This document shows, piece by piece, positions 26,824-34,901 of a stretch of DNA of 64,000 bases. This stretch comes from Acidimicrobiia bacterium (GTDB taxonomy: Bacteria; Actinomycetota; Acidimicrobiia; IMCC26256; JAENVU01). Below the pieces are notes generated by a model. The model had not been told where the DNA came from. It ran no database searches and was given only the letters and a program-made list of their open reading frames with translations. Within the stretch, counting starts at the first letter, position 1, and each line of letters starts with the position of its first letter. The stretch covers positions 4,264 to 68,263 of the forward strand of contig JANPBJ010000144.1 in NCBI GenBank assembly GCA_031430375.1. Direction: 5' to 3'. The position numbers and the translations under genes were made by a program.

Positions 26824-28020
26824 TTACAGACGGTCGACGATGGCCTGCGCGAACGCGGAGCACTTCACCTCGGTGGCACCATCCATCTGGCGGGCGAAGT
26901 CGTACGTCACGACCTTGTCGCCGATGGTTGCTTCCAGCGCGCGCACGATGTCATCCGCGGCGGCTTGCCAGCCCAGGTGTTCGAACATCATCACACCGGA
27001 GAGCAGCACCGATCCGGGATTGACCTTGTCCTGACCTGCGTACTTCGGTGCCGTGCCGTGGGTGGCCTCGAAGATCCCGTGACCCGTCACATAGTTGATG
27101 TTGCCTCCGGGTGCGATCCCGATGCCGCCCACTTGCGCGGCCAGCGCGTCGGAGAGATAGTCGCCGTTCAAGTTGGTGGTGGCGATCACGTCGAACTCGT
27201 CCGGCCGCGTCAACACCTGTTGCAGCGTGATGTCGGCGATGGAGTCCTTGACGAGCACCTTGTCGCCCGGATCGCCACCGCAGTCGTCCCAACCCACGGC
27301 CACATCGGAGAACTCGTCGCGCGTGAGCTCGTAGCCCCAGTTCATGAACGCACCTTCGGTGAACTTCTGAATGTTGCCCTTGTGGACGATGGTCACCGAC
27401 TTCCGCTGATGCGACACCGCGTATTCGATCGCGGCGCGCACAAGGCGCTTCGAACCCGTTTCGGAAATCGGCTTGATCCCCACACCGGAGTCGGGCCGAA
27501 TGGTCCACCCCATCTCGTCGTGAAGCATCTCGATCAGACGCTTCGCTTCGGGCGTCCCCTCTTCCACTTCAAGGCCCGCGTAGATGTCTTCGGTGTTCTC
27601 CCGAAAGATCACCATGTCGACCTTCTCGGGGTGCTTCACCGGCGACGGCACTCCCGTGAACCACCGCACCGGACGCAAACACACGTAGAGGTCAAGGATC
27701 TGGCGCAGCGCCACGTTGAGCGAGCGGATCCCACCACCGATCGGCGTGGTCAGTGGTCCCTTGATACCGATGAGGTACTCGCGGAACGCGTCGACGGTTT
27801 CATCGGGCAACCAATTCCCGGTTTGGTCGAACGCCTTCTGGCCTGCGAGCACTTCCATCCATCCGATGGTGTTGCCGTGTTTCGCCGCGGCGGCATCGAG
27901 CACGAGCTTGGCGGCGGGCCAAATATCCACGCCGGTGCCATCACCTTCGATGAACGGGATGATCGGTTCGGTACCCACGTTGAGCGAGCCGTCGGCGTTC
28001 TGGGTGATCTTCTCGGGCAT
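26824..28020 (-). CDS. icd: NADP-dependent isocitrate dehydrogenase
   Basis: 398 aa from ATG 28020 ([20 protein letters not shown]). [23 protein letters not shown]. The ORF-track 5' extension was trimmed. Confidence 0.9.
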   Translation of the reverse strand: MPEKITQNADGSLNVGTEPIIPFIEGDGTGVDIWPAAKLVLDAAAAKHGNTIGWMEVLAGQKAFDQTGNWLPDETVDAFREYLIGIKGPLTTPIGGGIRSLNVALRQILDLYVCLRPVRWFTGVPSPVKHPEKVDMVIFRENTEDIYAGLEVEEGTPEAKRLIEMLHDEMGWTIRPDSGVGIKPISETGSKRLVRAAIEYAVSHQRKSVTIVHKGNIQKFTEGAFMNWGYELTRDEFSDVAVGWDDCGGDPGDKVLVKDSIADITLQQVLTRPDEFDVIATTNLNGDYLSDALAAQVGGIGIAPGGNINYVTGHGIFEATHGTAPKYAGQDKVNPGSVLLSGVMMFEHLGWQAAADDIVRALEATIGDKVVTYDFARQMDGATEVKCSAFAQAIVDRL

Positions 28021-28061
28021 CGGGTTCCTTCGGGTTCGGGGGCAGTTGCGGGACGTGTCGC

Positions 28062-28253
28062 TCAGGCCGTGAGGCCAACGACGAGGAGCGTGAGTGCGAA
28101 GACCACGACGAGCGCGCCCGTCATGAGCCATAGCGTCGCGCCTGCGAAGGGGTTGGGGCGATCCGGGCCGAACTCCGAGGAGAGCCCGCAGGATTCGCAC
28201 CGGGTTTCGGGGTCGTGCGGGAGTCCGCACAAGGAACACAGAGTGGAGTTCAT
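28062..28253 (-). CDS. Small zinc-ribbon membrane protein (63 aa)
   Basis: [23 protein letters not shown] (CxxC..CxxC) followed by a TM helix [24 protein letters not shown] overlaps the folD TGA (ATGA at 28250-28253). Confidence 0.55.
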   Translation of the reverse strand: MNSTLCSLCGLPHDPETRCESCGLSSEFGPDRPNPFAGATLWLMTGALVVVFALTLLVVGLTA

Positions 28254-29104
28254 AGGGCGTTGCGCTCGGCGATCTCGACCAGGTTGCGGAACAGCATCGC
28301 GATCGTGGTCGGTCCAATGCCGCCCACGCGGGGCGTGATCCAGCCCGCCACTTCCTCGCACGCCACGTCCACGTCGGGCAACAACGTTCGGCCCTTGTAC
28401 CGGACACCGGCACCGACGACGACGCAGCCGGGCGTGAGGTGCTCCGGCTGGATGATTCCGGGCACGCCCGCCGCCGCGATCACGATGTCCGCGGCACGCG
28501 TGTATTTCGCCCAGTCGGCGACACCGGTGTGCACGACCGTGACCGCGGCGTTCGCGGTCGGACGCTTCTGCGAGAGCAACAACGCGAGCGGTCGACCGAT
28601 GGTGAGGCCGCGGCCCAAGATGCAGACGCCCCGGCCCGCTACGGGGATGTCGTAGTGCGCGAGCAGCGCCTCGATCCCGCCCGGTGTGCATGGAACCGGG
28701 CCGGGCATCGAGAGGGCGATCCGGCCGAGGTTGACCGGGTGCATCCCGTCCACGTCTTTGTCGGGATCCAGCGTGAACAGTGCGGACTCAAAATCGATAT
28801 GGGGCGGCGGAGGGTACTGGAACAACACCGCGTCGATCGCGGGATCGGCGTTGAGCGCGGCTACGGCCGCGAGCACGTCGGCTTGGGTCGCATCCGCGGC
28901 CAGGTGAACATCGGCGGAGTGGCAACCGAGTTCCGCGGCCTTGGCGTGTTTCATACCCACGTACCTCGCGCTCGCGTCGTCTTGACCCACGAGCAGCGTG
29001 GCGAGACCGGGAGTGAACCCGCGATCCACGAGCGAAACGATGCGCGGCTTGAGATCTGCGAACACTGCATCGGCCACCGGCGCGCCGGGCATCAATATCG
29101 TCAC
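28250..29104 (-). CDS. folD: Bifunctional methylenetetrahydrofolate dehydrogenase/cyclohydrolase
   Basis: 284 aa. [37 protein letters not shown]. Confidence 0.9.
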   Translation of the reverse strand: MTILMPGAPVADAVFADLKPRIVSLVDRGFTPGLATLLVGQDDASARYVGMKHAKAAELGCHSADVHLAADATQADVLAAVAALNADPAIDAVLFQYPPPPHIDFESALFTLDPDKDVDGMHPVNLGRIALSMPGPVPCTPGGIEALLAHYDIPVAGRGVCILGRGLTIGRPLALLLSQKRPTANAAVTVVHTGVADWAKYTRAADIVIAAAGVPGIIQPEHLTPGCVVVGAGVRYKGRTLLPDVDVACEEVAGWITPRVGGIGPTTIAMLFRNLVEIAERNAL

Positions 29105-29133
29105 GAGCGCCTCGCTTCGGTCACAGTTCTCTC

Positions 29134-30633
29134 CTAGGGGAGGAAGTGGCGTTCGCCGGTGAGGACCATCGCGAGGCCGAGTTCATCGGCACGCGCCGTC
29201 ACTTCGTCGTCCCGCATCGCGCCACCCGGTTGCAACACCACGGCCACGCCGGCAGCCGCGGCCGCTTCCACGCCATCGGGGAACGGATAGAACGCGTCCG
29301 ACGCGCCCGCGCCGCCCACCGCGCGGCCGTTGGCCTTCTTCGCCGCGATCTCACCCGATTCCACGCGATTCTGTTGACCCGCCCCGATGCCCACCGCCTG
29401 ACCGTCCTTGACGAGCACGATCGCGTTGGACTTCACGTGGCCACAAATACGCCACGCGAGCTCGGCATCGGTCCATTGCTCCGCAGTCGGCGCCACCTTG
29501 GTGACCACTCGCCAGTCGTCCCGACCGGCGGCAAAATGGGCCGCGTCCTGCACCAGGAAACCGCCGGTGATCTGGCGAAACTCGCGAGGCTCGCCCGTGG
29601 GAAGCGGTGCCTCGAGCAGGCGCGTGTTCTTGCGTTTCGCGCGCAGCGCGTCGAGCGCACCGGGTGAATAGCTCGGCGCGATCACCACGTCGGCCTGGGG
29701 ACCACTGGCCATGAGCGCGGCGGTGGCGTCGTCGATCGGCCGGTTGAAGGCCACGATCCCGCCGAACGCGGAGCGCTCATCGCACTCCAGCGCACGCTGG
29801 TAGGCGGTCGCCAGATCATCGGCCACCGCGACCCCACACGGGTTCGCATGTTTGATGATGGCGCAGACCGCACGATCACCGAGGTCGTGCGCGAGTTTCC
29901 ACGCCGCCTCGGTGTCGTAGATGTTGAGGTAGCTGAGTGCGAGGCCGCCGTGCTGGACCACGCCGTCCCACCAGCTGGTCGTGCCGACGCGGCGGTAGCG
30001 CGCGCCCTGCTGGTGCGGGTTCTCGCCGTACCGCAGGGTCTCGTCGGTACGCGTGAGCGGGAGCACGAGGTGCCGGGGAAGTGCATCGCCGTCCTGGAGC
30101 CACTCCACGATCGCGGCGTCATACGCTGCGGTGTGGGCGAACGCTTCCAACGCCAGCGTGCGGCGCGTGCGGTCGGTGAGCTTTCCATCGGTGCGCAACT
30201 CAGTCAGGACCAACTCGTACTGGTCCGGGCTCGTCACGATCCCCACGTGCGCGTGGTTCTTGGCCGCGGCGCGGGTCATCGCCGGCCCACCGATATCGAT
30301 GAGCTCGATCGACGGGTTGGTCTCGAACGGGTACAGATTCGAGACCACGAGATCGAACGGCTCGATGCCGTACTCGGCCATGTCGGCCTGGTGGCTCGGG
30401 CTCGTCGGATCCGCGAGGAGACCGCCGTGCACTTTGGGGTGCAGCGTGACCACCCGGTGGTCCAAGATCGCCGGCACCCCCGTGATCTCTGCAACGTCGG
30501 TGACCGGGATACCCGCGGCTGCAATCGCCGTCGCGGTCCCGCCACTCGACACCAACTCGGAGCCGAGATCATGCAGCGCGCGGGCGAACTCCACGATCCC
30601 CGTCTTGTCGTAGACCGACAACAGCGCGCGCAT
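29134..30633 (-). CDS. purH: Bifunctional AICAR transformylase / IMP cyclohydrolase
   Basis: 499 aa. [31 protein letters not shown]. Start overlaps the purN stop (TGATG). Confidence 0.9.
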   Translation of the reverse strand: MRALLSVYDKTGIVEFARALHDLGSELVSSGGTATAIAAAGIPVTDVAEITGVPAILDHRVVTLHPKVHGGLLADPTSPSHQADMAEYGIEPFDLVVSNLYPFETNPSIELIDIGGPAMTRAAAKNHAHVGIVTSPDQYELVLTELRTDGKLTDRTRRTLALEAFAHTAAYDAAIVEWLQDGDALPRHLVLPLTRTDETLRYGENPHQQGARYRRVGTTSWWDGVVQHGGLALSYLNIYDTEAAWKLAHDLGDRAVCAIIKHANPCGVAVADDLATAYQRALECDERSAFGGIVAFNRPIDDATAALMASGPQADVVIAPSYSPGALDALRAKRKNTRLLEAPLPTGEPREFRQITGGFLVQDAAHFAAGRDDWRVVTKVAPTAEQWTDAELAWRICGHVKSNAIVLVKDGQAVGIGAGQQNRVESGEIAAKKANGRAVGGAGASDAFYPFPDGVEAAAAAGVAVVLQPGGAMRDDEVTARADELGLAMVLTGERHFLP

Positions 30634-31205
30634 CAGTGCTCCTTCTCAGTCTCTTCCTGCGCGATGAGTTCGCTCAGGACCGCGGGATAGATGCGACGTT
30701 CCACATCCTTGATTCGTTCGTGCAGGGTCTCAACGGTGTCGTCGGCCAATACCGGCACCGATTCCTGGGCCAACATCGGGCCGTCGTCCACGTCGAGCCG
30801 GGCGTAATGGACCGTACATCCCGTGACCTTGACACCGGCTTCGAATGCCGCTTCCACGGCGTGCCATCCCTTGAACGCGGGGAGCAGGGCGGGGTGGGTA
30901 TTGACGATCCGGTCTGGGAACGCATCGTGGATTGGCTTCTCGAGGATGGTCCCGAAGCCGGCCATGGCAATCAGGTCCACCTCGTAGCGGGCCAACACGT
31001 CGACGACCTCATGGGTATAGGCCACGCGGTCGAAGGCGGCTCCGTAGCTCGATCGCAACACCACCTCGGCCGGCACCCCCGCAGTTTCGGCTCGGCCGGT
31101 AGCGGCACACTCACGGTCGACGATCACCACCACGATGGGCAGATCCGCGTCCAGCAGGGCCTGGAGAATCGTCCCGCTGCCCGACGCCAACACTCCAATC
31201 CGCAT
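30633..31205 (-). CDS. purN: Phosphoribosylglycinamide formyltransferase
   Basis: 190 aa. RIGVLASGSGTILQALLD, NTHPALLPAFKG. Confidence 0.9.
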   Translation of the reverse strand: MRIGVLASGSGTILQALLDADLPIVVVIVDRECAATGRAETAGVPAEVVLRSSYGAAFDRVAYTHEVVDVLARYEVDLIAMAGFGTILEKPIHDAFPDRIVNTHPALLPAFKGWHAVEAAFEAGVKVTGCTVHYARLDVDDGPMLAQESVPVLADDTVETLHERIKDVERRIYPAVLSELIAQEETEKEH

Positions 31206-31255
31206 TGCCCGCCAACCTACCCGCGGCCGCCGGTTCAGCCACAGGTCGGACCCAC

Positions 31256-31308
31256 CCGAACTTGCGCCACAAATCCACCTCAGCGGTGGGAAAGTGGCGC
31301 AAGTTCGG
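31256..31308 (-). terminator. Nested perfect hairpin directly after the sucD stop (I-shaped terminator / processing candidate)
   Basis: CCGAACTTGCGCCAC (31256-31270) is the exact reverse complement of GTGGCGCAAGTTCGG (31294-31308). The 23-nt loop holds a second hairpin, CCACC-TCAGC-GGTGG. No U-tract follows on the minus strand. Confidence 0.5.
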
Positions 31309-32193
31309 CTAGAGGGAGGCGACCACCTTGGTCATGAGGTCGCCCGCTTCGGTGGGGTTGAGGCCCACCGAGACGCCCGCGTCGCGCAGGGCGTCCATCT
31401 TGGCCGCGGCGGTGCCCTTGCCGCCCGAGACGATCGCACCCGCGTGCCCCATCTTCTTGCCTGGCGGCGCGGTCACCCCGGCCACGTAGGCCACCACCGG
31501 CTTCGTCATCGAGCTCTTGATGAATGCCGCGGCTTCTTCCTCGGCCGACCCACCGATCTCGCCGATCATCATCACGGCCAGGGTCTCGGGGTCTGCCTCG
31601 AATGCCCGCAGGCAGTCGATGAAGCTCGTGCCCGGCACCGGGTCGCCGCCGATCCCCACGCATGTGGTGACGCCAATGTCCTGCTGCTTGAGTTCGTGGA
31701 GCGCTTGGTAGGTGAGCGTGCCCGACCGGCTCACAATCCCCACCGGCCCGCCCGCCTTGGCAATGTGACCCGCGGTGATCCCGATGTTGGCCTTACCGGG
31801 GCTGATGATCCCCGGACAGTTCGGACCGAGAAGCGAAACATTTGGGTAGTCGCGCTTCAACGCGTTGAAGAACCACGCCTCGTCGTGCGCGGGTACACCC
31901 TCGGTGATGACCACGATGAACTCCACGCCACCCGCCGCAGCATCCATCACCGCATCGCGCACACCCGGGGCGGGAATGAAAACGCACGACGCCGTTGCGC
32001 CGGTGGCCGCCACGGCCTCACCCACGTTCGCGAAGATCGGGATGCCGTCAACATCGGTGCCGGCCTTCTTCGGATTGGTTCCCGCCACCACCTGCGTCCC
32101 GTATTCACGGTTGAGGAGTCCGTAGAACCGACCCTGCGAACCGGTGAGTCCTTGGTAGACGACCTTCGTCGTCTCGTCCACGAAAATACTCAC
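31309..32193 (-). CDS. sucD: Succinyl-CoA synthetase alpha subunit
   Basis: 294 aa from GTG 32193 (VSIFVDE..), preceded by GGAGGG. GHAGAIVSGGKGTA. Confidence 0.9.
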   Translation of the reverse strand: MSIFVDETTKVVYQGLTGSQGRFYGLLNREYGTQVVAGTNPKKAGTDVDGIPIFANVGEAVAATGATASCVFIPAPGVRDAVMDAAAGGVEFIVVITEGVPAHDEAWFFNALKRDYPNVSLLGPNCPGIISPGKANIGITAGHIAKAGGPVGIVSRSGTLTYQALHELKQQDIGVTTCVGIGGDPVPGTSFIDCLRAFEADPETLAVMMIGEIGGSAEEEAAAFIKSSMTKPVVAYVAGVTAPPGKKMGHAGAIVSGGKGTAAAKMDALRDAGVSVGLNPTEAGDLMTKVVASL

Positions 32194-32280
32194 TTCATTT
32201 CCCTCCTGGTCCTTCGGCCCGGGCCGGGCGGCCCCCACTCGGCGACCGCGAAATCGGTAGATCAGGTAACAACGCCGCGT

Positions 32281-33429
32281 TCACGGTTTCCCTCCCGCGA
32301 GTGCAACCACCCGGCGCGCCGCATCCAACATGGTGGGTTCGATTTGCAGCCGCTCGGAGAGGTGCGGTTCGAGAATCGCCCGTCCTTCATCCGCGTTGGT
32401 TCCGTCGAGACGGATCACGATCGGCGCATCGATCTTCACTCGGGCGAGCGCCTGCACAATTCCGTTCGCCACCTCTTCACCCTTGGTAATGCCACCGAAG
32501 ATGTTGATGAAGATCGAGCGGACGTTGGGATCGTTGTTGATCACATCGAGCGCACCGGCCATCACCTCGGCATTCGCGCCGCCCCCGATATCGAGGAAGT
32601 TCGCAGGGGTGCCACCCACTTGCGTGACGATGTCGACGGTGCTCATCGCGAGCCCCGCACCATTGGCGATGATGCCGACGGCGCCGTCGAGGCCGATGTA
32701 CTGCAGACCTTTGTCGTGCGCCGACTGTTCGCGAGCGTCACGGACCTGGGTGGCGTCGTACTCCGCGTAGTCGGCGTGGCGGAACACCGAGTTGTCATCC
32801 AAGCTCACCTTCGCGTCGAGCGCGTGCACGCGACCGTCCGGCGTGAGGATCAGTGGATTGATCTCCACGAGATCGGCGTCGCCTTCGGTGTAGGCGGTGT
32901 AGAGCTTCATCAGAATGTCGACGGTGCCGTCGACTGCGGCGGGATTCAGCGCGGCAGCTTCCACCCACGCCCGACACGCAACCTCGGTGAGACCCTCGAC
33001 CGGGTTGATGTGGATCTTGGCAATCGCGTCCGGGCTGGTGACGGCCACTTCCTCGATCTCCACCCCCCCTTGCGCAGAGAGCATTCCGAGGTACTGCTTC
33101 GCGGAGCGGTCGAGCGTGAACGACGCGTAGTACTCCTCGGCGATGTCGCTCGCCACCTCGATCCACACGACCTTCACCACATGGCCCTTGATGTCCATTC
33201 CAATGATGTTGCCCGCGTGCTCTCGCACTTCAACCGCGTTGGCGGCGAGCTTGATACCGCCCGCCTTCCCGCGCCCACCCACTTGGACCTGCGCCTTGAC
33301 CACCACCGGATAACCGACGGTGTCGGCCGCGCGCACCGCGCCGTCAACTGTGGTGACTGCCTCGCCCGCGGAGACGGGAATGCCGTACCGCGCGAAGAAC
33401 TGCTTGCCTTGATATTCGTACAGGTCCAC
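32281..33429 (-). CDS. sucC: Succinyl-CoA synthetase beta subunit
   Basis: 382 aa. DLYEYQGKQFFARYGIPV. GTG start preceded by GAGGAG. Confidence 0.9.
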   Translation of the reverse strand: MDLYEYQGKQFFARYGIPVSAGEAVTTVDGAVRAADTVGYPVVVKAQVQVGGRGKAGGIKLAANAVEVREHAGNIIGMDIKGHVVKVVWIEVASDIAEEYYASFTLDRSAKQYLGMLSAQGGVEIEEVAVTSPDAIAKIHINPVEGLTEVACRAWVEAAALNPAAVDGTVDILMKLYTAYTEGDADLVEINPLILTPDGRVHALDAKVSLDDNSVFRHADYAEYDATQVRDAREQSAHDKGLQYIGLDGAVGIIANGAGLAMSTVDIVTQVGGTPANFLDIGGGANAEVMAGALDVINNDPNVRSIFINIFGGITKGEEVANGIVQALARVKIDAPIVIRLDGTNADEGRAILEPHLSERLQIEPTMLDAARRVVALAGGKP

Positions 33430-33474
33430 TGGACTCCTCAGGGACTTCCCGCCGTTGCCGGCGGGCGGGACGGA

Positions 33475-33891
33475 TCACTCGGCCGGTAGGGCCTCCCGCG
33501 CGTCGAGCGCGGTCTCGAGCCACTCGTGAATCGAGACGAGGGTGGTACCGGGAGTGAACAGCTCGGCGACGCCGAGCGCTTTGAGCTTGGGAATGTCGGC
33601 ATCGGGGATGATCCCGCCGCCGAACACCACAACTTCGTTGAGACCGCGTTCCGCCAGCAGCGAAAGCACGCGCGGGAACAACGTCATGTGCGCGCCGGAG
33701 AGCAATGACAGGCCCACGGCATCGGCGTCTTCTTGGAGTGCCGTTTCGGCGATCTGTTCCGGGGTCTGGTGTAAACCCGTGTAAATGACCTCAAACCCAC
33801 CATCGCGCAGGGCTCGGGCGATCACTTTCGCGCCGCGATCATGACCATCGAGGCCGGGTTTGGCGATGACCACTCGGTAACGGCGCTGCAT
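33475..33891 (-). CDS. Cobalamin (B12)-binding domain protein (methylmalonyl-CoA-mutase-type small subunit)
   Basis: 138 aa. DxHxxG motif in [27 protein letters not shown], then GLSLLSG..GGGIIP. Confidence 0.8.
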   Translation of the reverse strand: MQRRYRVVIAKPGLDGHDRGAKVIARALRDGGFEVIYTGLHQTPEQIAETALQEDADAVGLSLLSGAHMTLFPRVLSLLAERGLNEVVVFGGGIIPDADIPKLKALGVAELFTPGTTLVSIHEWLETALDAREALPAE

Positions 33892-34026
33892 GCGCCCCGA
33901 ACCCTAGCGATCAGCCCTGGAACCCGGCCAAACGCGGGCGGTATTCAGGTCCCGGCTGCCGCACCGGCTCTGGCCCGGCTCCGGCCCGGCTGGACTCCCG
34001 CCCCGCTGCCTGAGTACACCTCCACT

Positions 34027-34518
34027 GTGGCCAACGAAGCACGCACGCGCCGGACCGACCGTCAATCTGATCTCCGGCTCCTTCTGGGCGCATCCGTCGC
34101 TGTACTCATCGGTGGCCTTGTGGTAGCCGCAGCGATCTTGGCGGTCACCTCCGACGGAGCGCTCCCCGACATTCGCAAGCCCCAGCCGTTCGGCAGCGCG
34201 GTCGACGTCGCCAAGAAGGTGCGTGAAGGCGGGCCGGTCAACATTGCCGGCCTCTCCGGCGACGACGGCTTCTGGATCACGAGCGAGGGCGGATCACCCG
34301 TGGCCCTGCTGGTGCAACAACCCGGACCACCACGGTGCACCCTGCGGTGGCGCGGCTCGTTGGACACGTTCACATGCGACAACCGGCCGGTGAAGGTCGC
34401 CGACCTCGCGCGGTTCCGGAGCTTCACGTCTCGCACCGGGACCACGAAGGGCCTCTACATGGTGGAGCTCAAGAAGGTCCTCCCCGCACCAGCAGCAGCG
34501 GGTTCGGCCGGCGGCTGA
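34027..34518 (+). CDS. Membrane-anchored hypothetical protein
   Basis: 163 aa from GTG 34027. Basic N-terminus then a TM helix LLLGASVAVLIGGLVVAAAILAV. The ORF-track 5' extension overlaps the divergent gene. Confidence 0.5.
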   Translation: MANEARTRRTDRQSDLRLLLGASVAVLIGGLVVAAAILAVTSDGALPDIRKPQPFGSAVDVAKKVREGGPVNIAGLSGDDGFWITSEGGSPVALLVQQPGPPRCTLRWRGSLDTFTCDNRPVKVADLARFRSFTSRTGTTKGLYMVELKKVLPAPAAAGSAGG

Positions 34519-34533
34519 CAGCCTCCGCAACCC

Positions 34534-34851
34534 TCATCGGGCGCTCAACCACACGGCAAGCGCCCTCCCGAGGCGACCAGCCGGGGTGCCCGCAGCAAGC
34601 GCAAGGAGCTCGACCTCGTTCGCGGCCGTCGCCACCCGGGTCAACATGCGGACTTTGCTGGACGAGACCAGCCCCTCGTCAAACGCCCCGTCGATCATCG
34701 GTAGACCCACGAGGGCTGTTCCGATCCGCAACCACTCGCGGGCCGTGCACACCTCAACATCGAGCGCCTCGCCCACCCAATGCGCGCACGTGGGCGCATC
34801 ATCGGCGGTCCACTCGCCCGACGCGTCGAGCGCCGCGACCAATGTGACCAT
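34534..34851 (-). pseudogene. Truncated DUF222 (N-terminal region of 13E12-type HNH endonuclease) remnant
   Basis: 105 aa: CAHWVGEALDVEVCTAREWLRIGTALVGLPMIDGAFDEGLVSSSKVRMLTRVAT matches the DUF222 pattern. No HNH domain follows in any frame. Confidence 0.6.
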
Positions 34852-34901
34852 GGGGTGAGACCATCGATCTCGGACACCCCCGCCACGCGTCCGCGGACGC
34901 G

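Noticed and set aside
26500-28338. 612-aa ORF on the + strand
   Set aside because: Antisense to icd and the J-domain gene. Its composition is not protein-like.
28021-28413. N-terminal extensions given by the ORF track (icd to 28413; also 6014-6088, 19278-19496, 22468-22632, 22824-23372, 33841-34026, 53000-53083, 54237-54332, 54767-55081)
   Set aside because: The extensions overlap upstream genes and are Arg/Pro-rich. They precede internal starts where the conserved family N-terminus begins, often with an SD or a 4-nt overlap. Starts were moved accordingly.
31206-31308. Possible ZTP (pfl) riboswitch upstream of purN-purH-folD
   Set aside because: I read the minus-strand RNA by hand. The conserved ACUGGCG-type 5' core and the CCGCCUGGGCA-type 3' element, as I recall them, are not present. 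The structure is adequately explained as a sucD-proximal hairpin. An Infernal scan would be decisive.
31135-33489. 784-aa ORF on the + strand
   Set aside because: It is entirely antisense to sucD and sucC, whose translations carry unmistakable family motifs. Its product is Arg/Gly/His-rich and low in complexity. This is a typical shadow ORF in high-GC DNA.
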